DNA of 64,000 nucleotides from an uncultured Gammaproteobacteria bacterium (GTDB taxonomy: Bacteria > Patescibacteriota > Patescibacteriia > CAYZDG01), in assembly GCA_964536515.1 (NCBI GenBank), contig CAZHXI010000002.1, positions 60,908 through 124,907 on the forward strand, given 5' to 3'. A program made the translations under genes and the position numbers. Every line of letters begins with the position of its first letter. The stretch's first letter is position 1. This document shows positions 18,091-27,905 of the stretch, piece after piece. The notes below the pieces were generated by a model. The model ran no database searches. It was given only the letters and a program-made list of their open reading frames with translations, and had not been told where the DNA came from.

Positions 18091-19515
18091 ATGGCTGACC
18101 TTCCATCCCGCGTACCGCCACATAACCTGGAAGCTGAACAGGGGGTCCTGGGCGCCCTGCTCATAGACCGAGATGCCATAACCAGGGTAGCCGACATCGT
18201 ACGTGCGGAGGATTTCTACCGCGACAGCAACGGCCAGATATTCGCCGCCATGCTGGAGCTGTACGAGCAGCACGAGCCAATTGACCTGGTATCCCTCACC
18301 GACAAGCTCACCAGCGCCGGTGTGCTGGAGCGCGTGGGCGGGCAGAGCGCACTGGCGGCCCTGACCGAAGCCGTACCGACGTCGGCGAACGTGGTCAGCT
18401 ACGCCCGCATCGTGCAGAACAAGGCTACGCTGCGACGGCTGCAGCAGGCTGCGGGCAAGATTGCCGAGCTGGGCGGGCAGGAGGACCAAGACCTGCAGCG
18501 GCTGCTGGACCAGGCCGAGCAGCAGCTATTCAACGTTTCGCAGAACTACCTCAAGCAGCAGTTCGTGCCCATCCGCAGCGTGCTCGCCGAAGCCTTCGAG
18601 CGCATAGACGAGCTGCACCGCGAGGGCGGCAAGATCCGTGGCCTGCCGACCGGCTACGCCGACCTAGACAACCTGCTGGCCGGCCTGCAGAAGTCAGACC
18701 TCATCATCCTGGCCGCCCGCCCATCGGTGGGCAAGACCAGCTTCGCGCTGGATATAACCCGCTACGCCGCGGTGCAGCTGAAGGCCCCCGTGGGCATCTT
18801 CAGCCTCGAGATGAGCAAGGAGCAGCTGGTGGACCGCCTGCTGTGCTCGCAGGCCGAGGTAGACCTGTGGAAGATGCGCACCGGCCGCCTGTCGGACCGC
18901 GCCGAGGACGACGACTTCCCGCGCATCGGCCACGCCATGGGCGTGCTGGCCGAAGCCCCGCTGTTCATAGACGACTCCGCCTCGGCCAGCGTGCTGGAGA
19001 TCCGCACCAAGGCACGGCGCCTGAAGGCCGAGCACGGCAGCCTGGGCCTGCTGGTGGTGGACTACCTGCAGCTGATCGAGAGCCGGTCCAGCAACAGCGA
19101 CAACCGCGTGCAGGAGGTAGCCGAAATCACCCGCGGCCTAAAGGCGCTCGCACGCGAGCTGCAGGTGCCGGTGCTGGCCCTATCGCAGCTGAGCCGTGCG
19201 GTGGAGATGACCAAGCCCGCCATCCCCAAGCTGGCCCACCTGCGCGAGTCCGGATCCATTGAGCAGGACGCCGACGTGGTCATGTTCATCTACCGCAAGT
19301 CCGCGGACCGCAACTACCGGCCGGAGGACATCAGCCCCGAGGAGCGGCACATCGCCGAGCTGCACATCGCCAAGCACCGCAACGGCCCCACCGGCATGGT
19401 CAAGCTATTCTTCGACGAGCAGCGGGTGAGCTTCAAGAACCTGCAGCGCGGCAATGTAACGCCGCCGCCGCCCAGCGGACGCCCGGCAATGCCCGAGCCG
19501 GCAGAGCTTGGGTAG
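18091..19515 (+). CDS. dnaB: Replicative DNA helicase DnaB
   Basis: N-terminus PHNLEAEQGVLGALL, Walker A ARPSVGKTSFAL, and H4-like QLSRAVE. The track ORF starts at 18022; the Met at 18091 (MADLPSRVPPHN) is the more plausible start. Confidence 0.9.
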   Translation: MADLPSRVPPHNLEAEQGVLGALLIDRDAITRVADIVRAEDFYRDSNGQIFAAMLELYEQHEPIDLVSLTDKLTSAGVLERVGGQSALAALTEAVPTSANVVSYARIVQNKATLRRLQQAAGKIAELGGQEDQDLQRLLDQAEQQLFNVSQNYLKQQFVPIRSVLAEAFERIDELHREGGKIRGLPTGYADLDNLLAGLQKSDLIILAARPSVGKTSFALDITRYAAVQLKAPVGIFSLEMSKEQLVDRLLCSQAEVDLWKMRTGRLSDRAEDDDFPRIGHAMGVLAEAPLFIDDSASASVLEIRTKARRLKAEHGSLGLLVVDYLQLIESRSSNSDNRVQEVAEITRGLKALARELQVPVLALSQLSRAVEMTKPAIPKLAHLRESGSIEQDADVVMFIYRKSADRNYRPEDISPEERHIAELHIAKHRNGPTGMVKLFFDEQRVSFKNLQRGNVTPPPPSGRPAMPEPAELG

Positions 19516-19609
19516 GACATAGGACTGAGGACGAAGGACTAAGGCGCCCCGCGTGCCACCCTCTCTGTCCTCAGTCCTATGTCCTCAGTCCTAATTCCTG
19601 TATCCTACC
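19511..19609. repeat. Long imperfect palindrome containing three gtcctcagtcct / aggactgaggac motifs
   Basis: Left arm ggtaggacataggactgaggac (19511-19532), right arm gtcctcagtcctatgtcctcagtcct..gtatcctacc (19567-19609). Fills the dnaB-ybaB gap. Confidence 0.55.
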
Positions 19610-19613
19610 CCAT

Positions 19614-19907
19614 ATGCCAAACATCTTCGGAAAATTGAAGCAGATCAAGGACCTCCGCGACCAGGCCAAGAAGCTGCAGGGCGCCATCGGCGGCGAGCTA
19701 TCTACGTCCGAGCACGACGGCGTATCTGTAACGGTCAACGGCTCGTTCGAGCTGACGGACGTGCAGATTACCCGAGACCTACCCCGCGACCAGCTGGGCA
19801 AGGCCGTGGCCAAAGCCGGCACCGCAGCCATTAAGGCGATGCAGAAGACGGTGGCCCAGAAGATCCAGGCCATGGGCGGCCTGGGCAAGCTCGGCGGCCA
19901 GGGCTAG
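19614..19907 (+). CDS. ybaB: Nucleoid-associated protein YbaB/EbfC family
   Basis: ~97-aa K/Q-rich coiled protein directly upstream of recR (the conserved ybaB-recR pair). C-terminus GGLGKLGGQG. Confidence 0.7.
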   Translation: MPNIFGKLKQIKDLRDQAKKLQGAIGGELSTSEHDGVSVTVNGSFELTDVQITRDLPRDQLGKAVAKAGTAAIKAMQKTVAQKIQAMGGLGKLGGQG

Positions 19908-19931
19908 ACCGCGCTCAGCGCGGCTGAATCC

Positions 19932-20531
19932 ATGGCCAGGCTCCCCCGCCTCATTACGCAGCTCGCACTGCAGCTAGAGCGGCTGCCCGGCATCGGCCCC
20001 AAGACGGCTGAGAAGCTGGCCTACCACCTGGCCCGCCAGCCCCGCGGCGTGCTGGATGACTTCGGATCGGCGCTGCAGGAGCTAGCCGAGGGCATTCGTA
20101 CCTGCCGCACCTGCGGCGACTTCAGCGAGGCTGAAATCTGCGGCATATGCGGCGACGCGGGACGAGACGGTAGCCTGCTGTGCGTGGTAGCAGACAGCGC
20201 CGAGCTGCACGCCATCGAGCGCCTGAACGAGTTCACCGGCCGCTACCACGTCCTCGGCGGAACGATCAGGCCCATCGAGGGCATAGAGCCCGGGCACCTT
20301 AGGATTGACGAGCTGGTGGCGCGACTGGAATCTGACGGCGTGGTGGAGGTCATCCTGGGCCTGAACCCAGACCTGGAGGGCGAGACAACGGCTATGTACC
20401 TGACCCGTCTGCTGAAGCAGCACGGCGTGAGCGTGACCAAGCTGGCGCGGGGCCTACCCACGGGCTCGGAGATTGAGTACGCCGACGACAGCACCCTATC
20501 CAGCGCCCTACGGAACCGGAGGCAGGCATAG
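19932..20531 (+). CDS. recR: Recombination protein RecR
   Basis: HhH LPGIGPKTAEKLAYHL, C4 zinc finger CRTCGDFSEAEICGICGD, and Toprim VVADSAELHAIE. Confidence 0.9.
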   Translation: MARLPRLITQLALQLERLPGIGPKTAEKLAYHLARQPRGVLDDFGSALQELAEGIRTCRTCGDFSEAEICGICGDAGRDGSLLCVVADSAELHAIERLNEFTGRYHVLGGTIRPIEGIEPGHLRIDELVARLESDGVVEVILGLNPDLEGETTAMYLTRLLKQHGVSVTKLARGLPTGSEIEYADDSTLSSALRNRRQA

Positions 20532-20591
20532 CTAATCCGGCTGAGCCGCCTCGTTCATTCGAGGGTCACTGATTGACATCTAGATATATTC

Positions 20592-21065
20592 GTGGTACAA
20601 GTCTATCCATTAGGAATAGCTAGCACCTTGAGCGGAGGACAGAACTTGGATCACGAAACTACAGGCAAAAGCGCTGAAGAATTTACCCCGCCGACCGCGG
20701 CTCACGTCTATACCATTTCGCAGGTCGGCGCGATGCTGGGCGATGTTCCAGTGGAGACTCTACGGCACTGGGAGAAGGACCTAGGCAACCTTCTGCAGCC
20801 AATGAGGCAGGCTGGCGGGGCTAGGCGATTCAGCGATGCAGACGTCCGCACCCTAAGAATGTTCGTTGACCTGAAGAGCCGTGGGTTCACGAACGAGGGT
20901 GCGAGACGAGAGCTCGTCCTAGGGATCGCCGACTGCCAGGATATCCAGACCGTGGAGCAGGCGCTGCTCACCATCGATCGAGCGACGAGGAGCATTGCCC
21001 AAGCCGCAGCTCGCCTGGATGACGCAAGGGAATTCCTGCAGCGGCATACGCGCAACAAAGAATGA
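20592..21065 (+). CDS. MerR-family transcriptional regulator
   Basis: HTH YTISQVGAMLGDVPVETLRHWEK..RRFSDADVRTLR. Confidence 0.55.
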   Translation: MVQVYPLGIASTLSGGQNLDHETTGKSAEEFTPPTAAHVYTISQVGAMLGDVPVETLRHWEKDLGNLLQPMRQAGGARRFSDADVRTLRMFVDLKSRGFTNEGARRELVLGIADCQDIQTVEQALLTIDRATRSIAQAAARLDDAREFLQRHTRNKE

Positions 21066-21072
21066 AATGAGC

Positions 21073-21097
21073 CGCCCCCGGGGCGGCTTTCTTTTAT
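21073..21097 (+). terminator. Intrinsic terminator (gccgcccccggggcggc plus TTTCTTTT), possibly bidirectional
   Basis: Sits between the convergent MerR-like gene (+, stop 21065) and the ccdA-like gene (-, stop 21103). Confidence 0.6.
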
Positions 21098-21102
21098 CCT
21101 CG

Positions 21103-21810
21103 CTACCGCATTACCTGCACGCACTGGTTGACCATGCCCCAGTTGGAGATGCGCCCCAGGTTCTGGGTGAAGACCATTACGCCGAAGGCGATGAGTATTA
21201 CGCCGAAGGCAATGTTCGCCCAACGCAGGTACGGCCCCATGCGCCGGATGACTGCTCCCGCCTGGGCGGTGAATGCACCCAGCAGCAGGAACGGCAGCCC
21301 CAGGCCCAAGCTGTAGGCCAGCAGCAGGCCAAACGCGGACGCAGGCTGGGCTGCGGCCAGGCCGAGGATCGCTCCGAGCACGGCGCCGACGCACGGGCTC
21401 CAGCCCAGGGCGAACGCTGCCCCGAACAGCAGGGATGTGAGGCAGCGTGACCGGTGCGCCGTCGGCGTTAGCCTATGCTCCCGTTCCAGGAACGGCACCC
21501 GGAATAGCCCGAGCAGGTAGATGCCGAACAGCACGATGATTGCCCCGCCGATGCGGCTGAGCCAGACGTGGGCACCGTACGAGACGTCCGCCAGCGCCGT
21601 GTGCAGCAGCAGGCCAATGACCGAGAACACCACCGAGAACCCGAGTACGAAGCACAGGCTATTCGCAAAAACCTGCCGGCGGTGGCTTGCGGATCCCGCC
21701 ACGCTGGTTCCGGCCAGGTACGCCAGGTAGCCCGGCATCAGCGGCAGCACGCACGGCGCCAGGAAGGAGACCAGGCCCGCGACGAATGCTACCCCGTATG
21801 AAACTTCCAT
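21103..21810 (-). CDS. ccdA: CcdA/DsbD-family thiol-disulfide transmembrane protein (cytochrome c biogenesis type)
   Basis: Six TM helices; conserved FLAPCVLPLMPGYLAY and second Cys motif GWSPCVG. Confidence 0.7.
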   Translation of the reverse strand: MEVSYGVAFVAGLVSFLAPCVLPLMPGYLAYLAGTSVAGSASHRRQVFANSLCFVLGFSVVFSVIGLLLHTALADVSYGAHVWLSRIGGAIIVLFGIYLLGLFRVPFLEREHRLTPTAHRSRCLTSLLFGAAFALGWSPCVGAVLGAILGLAAAQPASAFGLLLAYSLGLGLPFLLLGAFTAQAGAVIRRMGPYLRWANIAFGVILIAFGVMVFTQNLGRISNWGMVNQCVQVMR

Positions 21811-21812
21811 GG

Positions 21813-22958
21813 CTACAGTTTAGCAGCAAAGGCAGACGCCACCGCTGGAACCACGGCAGGATTGAAGATGGACGGGATAATCTCCTCGGCTGAGGGCGCC
21901 TGGACGACGGCGGCTAGATTCTGAGCGGCGGCGAGCAGCATGGCATCCGTTACCTGCACCACGCCGCTGTCTAGCAGCCCACGGAAGATGCCGGGAAAGG
22001 CCAGGGCATTATTGATCTGGTTGGGGTAGTCAGACCGGCCGGTGCCGACTATAGCAGCGCCCGCCGCACGGGCATCGTCCGGCATAATCTCTGGCACCGG
22101 GTTAGCCATGGCGAGGATTGCGGGGCCAGGGTTCATGCTACGCACCATCTCCTGTGTAACTAAGCCGCCGGCGCTGACGCCCACGAAGATGTCTGCGCCG
22201 ACCATGGCACCCGCCAGGCTGCCCTCAATCCCCCGCCGGTTGGTAGCTGCAGCCAGCGCAGCCTTATCCGAATTCATACCTGCACGGCCTTGGTACAGCG
22301 CGCCGTGGCTATCGCAGGCCACCAGGTTGGTGAATCCTCCCGCCAGCAGCAGCTCGGCCACGGCAGTACCCGCAGCTCCAGCGCCACTGATGACAACGGA
22401 TACTTCGCCAGGCTCCTGCCCGCGGACCTTGAGCACGTTGATGAGCGCCGCCAGCACGACCACGGCTGTGCCGTGCTGGTCGTCGTGGAACACGGGAATG
22501 TCCAGCAGCTCTCGCAGCTTCCGCTCGACCTGGAAGCACCTCGGTGCGCTAATGTCCTCCAGGTTAATGGCTCCGAACACCGGAGCAATGCGCTGCACCG
22601 TCGCCACAATCTCGTCCACGTCCTGCGTGTCTAGGCAGATGGGGAACGCATCCACATTGGCGAACTGCTTCATCAGCACCGCCTTGCCCTCCATCACGGG
22701 GATAGCCGCATGCGCGCCGAGGTTGCCCAGGCCGAGGATGGCCGAGCCGTCCGAGACAATGGCCACCGTGTTCCGCTTGATGGTGTACTCCCGCGCCAGC
22801 TTACTATCCTTGCCTATCTCCACGCTAACCTGCCCCACGCCGGGGGTGTAGGCCAAGCTCAAATCATCCCGCGTCTGCAGCGGAACCGTTGGGTGCAGCT
22901 CCATCTTGCCGCGGTGCTTGCGGTGCAGCTCCAGGGAACGGGACGCGAGGTCATCCAT
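21813..22958 (-). CDS. NAD(P)-dependent malic enzyme (short form)
   Basis: LSLAYTPGV, VSDGSAILGLGNLG, and Rossmann GAGAAGTAVAELL motifs. The track start is over-extended; the Met at MDDLASR is taken. Confidence 0.8.
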   Translation of the reverse strand: MDDLASRSLELHRKHRGKMELHPTVPLQTRDDLSLAYTPGVGQVSVEIGKDSKLAREYTIKRNTVAIVSDGSAILGLGNLGAHAAIPVMEGKAVLMKQFANVDAFPICLDTQDVDEIVATVQRIAPVFGAINLEDISAPRCFQVERKLRELLDIPVFHDDQHGTAVVVLAALINVLKVRGQEPGEVSVVISGAGAAGTAVAELLLAGGFTNLVACDSHGALYQGRAGMNSDKAALAAATNRRGIEGSLAGAMVGADIFVGVSAGGLVTQEMVRSMNPGPAILAMANPVPEIMPDDARAAGAAIVGTGRSDYPNQINNALAFPGIFRGLLDSGVVQVTDAMLLAAAQNLAAVVQAPSAEEIIPSIFNPAVVPAVASAFAAKL

Positions 22959-23045
22959 ACCGCAGAATGATACCCCAAATGGGGCTTCCCGAGACACCTC
23001 GACAGATTCGCCGGAAGCTTGTACGATGCTCCCTGCATTTCACAT

Positions 23046-23120
23046 GCCGCTATCGTCTAACGGTTAGGACACCAGGTTCTCATCCTGGTAATCGGGGTTC
23101 GATTCCCCGTGGCGGTACCA
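23046..23120 (+). tRNA. tRNA-Glu (anticodon CUC)
   Basis: GCCGCTA acceptor (with wobble pairs), anticodon loop TTCTCAT, T-arm CGGGGTTCGATTCCCCG, 3' ACCA encoded. Confidence 0.7.
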
Positions 23121-23126
23121 AACTTA

Positions 23127-24407
23127 CTATTCCTTCGCCAGCCAGTAGTCGGTCTGGCGGACCAGGAGCTCGGCGCTGCGGCTGGGGTAGGCAATGATCG
23201 CCTTGGTAACCCTCTCCATGCGGCTGCCCTGGGACCCCTTCACCAGCACGGCGTCGCCGTGCTGAATCGCACCTGCTAGGTACTCCCCCGCCTCGGCCGT
23301 GGTGGCGAACGAACGCACCTCCCCTACCTTCCCGGACGCTCGCGCCGCATCCGCGATGTGCCTCGCCAGCTCGCCAACGGTAACCAGAATATCGGCTTCG
23401 CAGGCCTGCCCCACCTCGGCGTGCAGCTGCGAGGCGGTCGGCCCCAGCTCCAGCATGTCGCCCAGCGCCGCCACGGTACGGGTGCACAGGCCCTCGGCCT
23501 TCAGCTCGGCCAGGGTTTCCAATGCTGCGGCGCAGGCGAGCGGCGACGAGTTGTAGGTATCGTCAACCAACAGCGAGCCGCGCAGGCCATCCAGCGCCCG
23601 CATGCGGCCGGGCGCGGGCAGGAAGTTCTCCAGCTGCGCGCCGACGTCCACCAGGTTCAGGTTGAGGGCCTGGGCTGTGGCAACGGCAGCCGCGCACACG
23701 TAGGCGTACTGCCGGCCGAGCGCGCCGGGCACAAAGATTGGCACGGTGCTGCCGCCGGTCTCCAGCTTCACCAGCGTGCCCAGCGTACCGTCGTGGCGCA
23801 CCGAACGACGGTCAACCACGCGCACGTCGGCACCCTCGCCGAAGCCGAACGTCTTGATGGAAGCCTTGGTCTTCTCGCGCAGGGCCAGCACCCGCTCGTC
23901 ATCGTAGTTGAGGATAGCCCAGCCACTGGTGCCCAGGGCTCGCACGGGCGTACCCTCCTCCTCGGCCACGCCGTCTAGGTTGCGCAGCTGCTCTAGGTGC
24001 GCGGCGCTGGCAGCGGTAACGACGCATACCGTCGGCTTGGCAATTGCGGTAAGCACCGCGGCGTCGCCCGGCGCATCTGAGCCGAACTCCAGCACCAGAA
24101 CCTGCGGGTACTCGCGGCGGATAGCCAGCAGCTCCAGCCCGCGGAAGATAACGGCGAGCCACGACAGGACCGAGCGGTGGCCGGCGCGGGCACGCAGGAT
24201 AGCCAGGGGCAGGCCTACATCGGTGTTGTAGTTGCCGGCTGGCTGGCCAACGTAGCCGTACGGCGCCAGCGCCACCGCCGTGGCGAGCCGAGTGCTGGTC
24301 TTGCCCACGCTGCCGCTGACCGAGACGACCAGCGGCCGGTACTTAGCCAGCACCAGCTTGGCGAGGAGCTGGATGGTCGAGACTACGATGCGGCGGACTA
24401 GCTTCAT
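23127..24407 (-). CDS. murF: Mur ligase family protein, probably UDP-MurNAc-tripeptide--D-Ala-D-Ala ligase
   Basis: P-loop VSGSVGKTSTRL and Mur ligase middle/C-terminal organisation. No DNPR motif (an argument against MurE). A 4-nt overlap with ftsI links it to the dcw cluster. Confidence 0.6.
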   Translation of the reverse strand: MKLVRRIVVSTIQLLAKLVLAKYRPLVVSVSGSVGKTSTRLATAVALAPYGYVGQPAGNYNTDVGLPLAILRARAGHRSVLSWLAVIFRGLELLAIRREYPQVLVLEFGSDAPGDAAVLTAIAKPTVCVVTAASAAHLEQLRNLDGVAEEEGTPVRALGTSGWAILNYDDERVLALREKTKASIKTFGFGEGADVRVVDRRSVRHDGTLGTLVKLETGGSTVPIFVPGALGRQYAYVCAAAVATAQALNLNLVDVGAQLENFLPAPGRMRALDGLRGSLLVDDTYNSSPLACAAALETLAELKAEGLCTRTVAALGDMLELGPTASQLHAEVGQACEADILVTVGELARHIADAARASGKVGEVRSFATTAEAGEYLAGAIQHGDAVLVKGSQGSRMERVTKAIIAYPSRSAELLVRQTDYWLAKE

Positions 24408-26140
24408 TTGGAATTTGGCTGGATGCGTAGGATTCTTAGGGCGGCGGCGGTTACGTCCCTGAACAGGGGTGCGGCCGAACCTTCAGCCCACGCTACCTTG
24501 GGCATCTCCAGCTTGGCAATGGTTACCACGGCGGGGTCCGTCGCCGGGGCAATTCCGGCAAAGGAGTGGTTGGCCTGGTCCACCAGGTAGCCGCCGCGCG
24601 GGTCGGGAATTTGAGCTGTTCCGGTCTTGCCGCCGATGGTGAAGCCGGGCACCTGGGCGTTCACGATGGGGGTGCCGTGGACCACCGAGACCAGCATCGC
24701 CCGCACGTTGGCAGCGGTGGCCGGCTGCAGCACCCGCCGTACAACCTTGGGCTGGGTAACGGTCCTGGTGCCATCCGGCGCCACCACCTCGGCCACCAGG
24801 TACGGCTGCATCAGCTCGCCGCCGTTGGCGATCGCCGCGTACGCGGCTGCCATCTGCATCGGCGTAGCGGTTATGCCCTGGCCGAACGAAGCCGTGGCGG
24901 TGTAGATCTCGCTGGGCTTGTCGAGGGACGACGTGTCGCCGGCACGGTCGCCGGTTATATCTATGCCCGTTGGCTGGCCGAAGCCGAACGCCGCGAAGTA
25001 CCGCCGCAGGCCATCGCCGGTCAGCCGCCGGGCGGCGAATATCATGCCGGTATTAATTGAGCGCTGCAGCACGCCGACCATGGTCTGCCTGCCCCAGCGT
25101 TTGTTCTGCGCATTCTTAATGGGGAAGCCGCCGATGCGCTCCTCGCCGGGGTCGTCGAACTCGGTCTGCGGCGTTACCGCTCCAGCGTCTATCGCCGAGG
25201 CCATCACGACGGGCTTCATGATCGAGCCAACCTCGTAGGGCACCAGCGCCCTGTTCTCGTACTGGGCAACGGAGCGGACGTCGCCGTAGCGGTTCGGGTC
25301 GAAGGATGGGCTGCTGCATAGGGCTAGGATGGCGCCGGTCTTTGGGTCCATTACCACCACCGCTCCCCCGGCTGCCTGCGTCTTCTCCACCGCCTGCTCT
25401 AGGCTACGGCAGGCTGCGAACTGCAGCGGACGGCTGATGGTCAGAACCAGGTCAGATCCGTCTACGGCAGGCCTGAAGACCTCTGTCGCGCCCGCGATGA
25501 GGCCGCCGCCCGCAGCCCGAATGCCGCTGACGAAGCCGCCGGACCCACCCAGCTGCTCCTCGTAGTACTGCTCGATGCCGTAGCGGCCGACGCGTGTCTC
25601 GCCGTCTGAGTCGAAGCCCAGGAACCCCAGCAGGTTGCCCGTTATCTTGCCCTCGGCGTACTGGCGCCAGGGCTCGGGCACCAGGTGCAGGCCGGGCATG
25701 TCCAGCTTCTGGATTGCCGCCCGCTGCTCCTCGGTCAGCCGGTGCTGCAGCGGCAGGTACGACCGACGGCTGCCGGCGATGCTCTCGGCCATCGCATCGG
25801 TTGCCGTTGCCGTCAGGCCGAGGATGGGCCCCACGGCATCGGCCACCGCCCGCGGGTCACGTATCGACCGCGGGTCGGCGAACAGCAGATCCTCGAAGCT
25901 GTTGTAGGCCAGCGGGAAGGTGCTGCCGTCGTCCTCGCGCACCAGAATCCTACCGCGGCTGGGGAAGAGCTTCTGCACCACCCGCTGCTGGTCGTTCGCC
26001 AGCACGGCGTAGGCCTGGCGCTGGATAACCTGCACCTGCAGGAGGCGAGCTGCCAGCAGGCCGAACGCGAAGACGATGGCGAGGCGCAGGACTCGCTCAC
26101 GCGGCCAGCGAGGCCCCCGTGGGGACGCCGACCGCACCAT
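24404..26140 (-). CDS. ftsI: Penicillin-binding protein 2 / FtsI-type transpeptidase
   Basis: N-terminal TM helix, then SXXK (GSIMKP), SXN-like and KTGT (GGKTGTA) motifs. Confidence 0.8.
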   Translation of the reverse strand: MVRSASPRGPRWPRERVLRLAIVFAFGLLAARLLQVQVIQRQAYAVLANDQQRVVQKLFPSRGRILVREDDGSTFPLAYNSFEDLLFADPRSIRDPRAVADAVGPILGLTATATDAMAESIAGSRRSYLPLQHRLTEEQRAAIQKLDMPGLHLVPEPWRQYAEGKITGNLLGFLGFDSDGETRVGRYGIEQYYEEQLGGSGGFVSGIRAAGGGLIAGATEVFRPAVDGSDLVLTISRPLQFAACRSLEQAVEKTQAAGGAVVVMDPKTGAILALCSSPSFDPNRYGDVRSVAQYENRALVPYEVGSIMKPVVMASAIDAGAVTPQTEFDDPGEERIGGFPIKNAQNKRWGRQTMVGVLQRSINTGMIFAARRLTGDGLRRYFAAFGFGQPTGIDITGDRAGDTSSLDKPSEIYTATASFGQGITATPMQMAAAYAAIANGGELMQPYLVAEVVAPDGTRTVTQPKVVRRVLQPATAANVRAMLVSVVHGTPIVNAQVPGFTIGGKTGTAQIPDPRGGYLVDQANHSFAGIAPATDPAVVTIAKLEMPKVAWAEGSAAPLFRDVTAAALRILRIQPNSK

Positions 26141-26145
26141 AGGCC

Positions 26146-26514
26146 CTAGCGGGCGACGGCGACGGCTCCGGCAGCTGCGCCGGCGAACTGCTGGCTGGGC
26201 AGGGCGACCAGGCCCATTTCAGACGTTGCGGCGGCCACCCGCTCCAGCGAGCGCAGCTGCACCGCCTGGCGCTCCAGCCGGGCGTGCTCCTCCTCCAGGG
26301 CTGCAGCCTGCCGCTGCAACGAACGTATCTCCACGTTCGCCGCAGCGGAGGCATTGGCCTGCCACACGTACGAGAGGCTGAGGAGGACGAGGCAGCTGAC
26401 CACCGCGCCGCGGCGCACGCCGGGGCGGAGCGAAGCTAGGCGCAGGCGCCCGAAGGCTGCTACCCAGGGGGCCATGGCTGCGACTGCTCGGTAGTTCGCT
26501 GCTGCGTTGATCAT
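26146..26514 (-). CDS. FtsL-like cell-division protein (single TM plus coiled coil)
   Basis: Position between rsmH and ftsI. TM helix VVSCLVLLSLSYVW and a heptad-like segment. Confidence 0.45.
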   Translation of the reverse strand: MINAAANYRAVAAMAPWVAAFGRLRLASLRPGVRRGAVVSCLVLLSLSYVWQANASAAANVEIRSLQRQAAALEEEHARLERQAVQLRSLERVAAATSEMGLVALPSQQFAGAAAGAVAVAR

Positions 26515-26543
26515 ACGTTTATGTTTTTTCTCAGGTAAGGATG

Positions 26544-27458
26544 TTATGAGTTCTCAGTTCTGGTTGCGGCGCGGAGCTTGGCGCTGCGAGCTCGTGGATT
26601 CTCGGCGACCTCGGCCTCGGATGGCACCAGCGGCCTCTTGGTCAACACCTGCCACCGCTCGCTGCCCTTTAGGAACCGCTTCACCAGCCCATCTTCCAGC
26701 GAGTGGTAGCTGATGGTTACCAGCGTCCCGCCCGGTTCCAACACCTCGGCGGCCTGCTCCAGGCCCGCGCGGAGCGCCTCCATCTCGTCGTTCACCACGA
26801 TGCGTAGGGCTTGGAAGGTACGGGTGGCGGGGTGGCGGCGGCTGCGGCCGAAGCGGCGGGCGTACAGCCGAACCACGATGTCCGCCAGCTGCCCGGTGCT
26901 AGCCACCGGCCGCTGCCGTACGATTGCGGCGGCAATCTGGCGTGCCATCGGCTCCTGGCCGTAGGTGCGGAGTGCGTCCGTCAGATCTTCCTCCGACCAC
27001 CGGTTCACCACCTGGGCTGCGGTCAGCTCGCCCTCGGGGTCGCCGTCGAACCGCATAATCAGGGGGGCGTCGGTCTGGAAGCTGAAGCCCCAGCTGGGGT
27101 CAGCCAGCTCGGCGCTGGCTAGGCCGAGGTCGAACAGGATGCCCCGCAGCGGAAGGCTGCAGCCGCTGGACCGCCACAGGTCTGCCAGCTGGCTGAAGTT
27201 GCCCTGCTGGATGACCACCCGGCTGCCCAGGGACGCGAAGCGGCGTCGGCCAGCCTCCACGGCACGTGGGTTCTGGTCTATGCCGACCACGACGCCGTCG
27301 GGGCCCGCTGCCTCCAGCAGCAGGGCGGCGTGTCCGCCTCCGCCGAAGGTGGCGTCGATGTAGGCGCTGCCCGGCTGCGGCAGCAGGTACGACAGTACCT
27401 CGGCGGTGAACACTGGCTTGTGCTGGTAATCAAGGAGCGACGCCGGGGAGTCGGCCAT
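26544..27458 (-). CDS. rsmH: 16S rRNA (cytosine1402-N4)-methyltransferase RsmH
   Basis: IDATFGGGGHA, GILFDLG and SYHSLEDGLVK motifs. Confidence 0.85.
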   Translation of the reverse strand: MADSPASLLDYQHKPVFTAEVLSYLLPQPGSAYIDATFGGGGHAALLLEAAGPDGVVVGIDQNPRAVEAGRRRFASLGSRVVIQQGNFSQLADLWRSSGCSLPLRGILFDLGLASAELADPSWGFSFQTDAPLIMRFDGDPEGELTAAQVVNRWSEEDLTDALRTYGQEPMARQIAAAIVRQRPVASTGQLADIVVRLYARRFGRSRRHPATRTFQALRIVVNDEMEALRAGLEQAAEVLEPGGTLVTISYHSLEDGLVKRFLKGSERWQVLTKRPLVPSEAEVAENPRARSAKLRAATRTENS

Positions 27459-27473
27459 AGGCGTCGTGCAGCC

Positions 27474-27905
27474 CTACACGCCGAGCGTGCCCAGGGCTTC
27501 CGCGATGTCTACGCTCGACCGCTCGGTGGAAGACTTGTACTTGGTCCAGGCCGCCTCATCCCACAGCTCCAGGCGGTTGTACAGGCCGGTTACTACGACC
27601 TGCTTCGAAAGGCCGGCGTACTTGCGCAGGTAGTCCGGCACCAGCACGCGGCCCTGGCTATCGATGTCTACCTCCATTGCTCCCGCGAGCATCAAGCGGC
27701 TGAACGCCCGGGTGTTGGCCTGGGCGATGGGGAGGGTAACCAGCTTGTCTGCGAGCTTCTTCCACTCCGCAGACGTATAGACGAACAGGCAGCCGTCCAG
27801 GCCCCTGGTAACGACCGCGCCCTTGCCCAGCGCCCCACGAAACTTAACCGGAACCGCCATGCGGCCCTTCTCGTCGATGCTGTGGGTGTATTCGCCGATA
27901 AACAT
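27474..27905 (-). CDS. mraZ: Transcriptional regulator MraZ
   Basis: MFIGEYTHSIDEKGRMAVP..DSQGRVLVP, the duplicated MraZ fold. Confidence 0.85.
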   Translation of the reverse strand: MFIGEYTHSIDEKGRMAVPVKFRGALGKGAVVTRGLDGCLFVYTSAEWKKLADKLVTLPIAQANTRAFSRLMLAGAMEVDIDSQGRVLVPDYLRKYAGLSKQVVVTGLYNRLELWDEAAWTKYKSSTERSSVDIAEALGTLGV

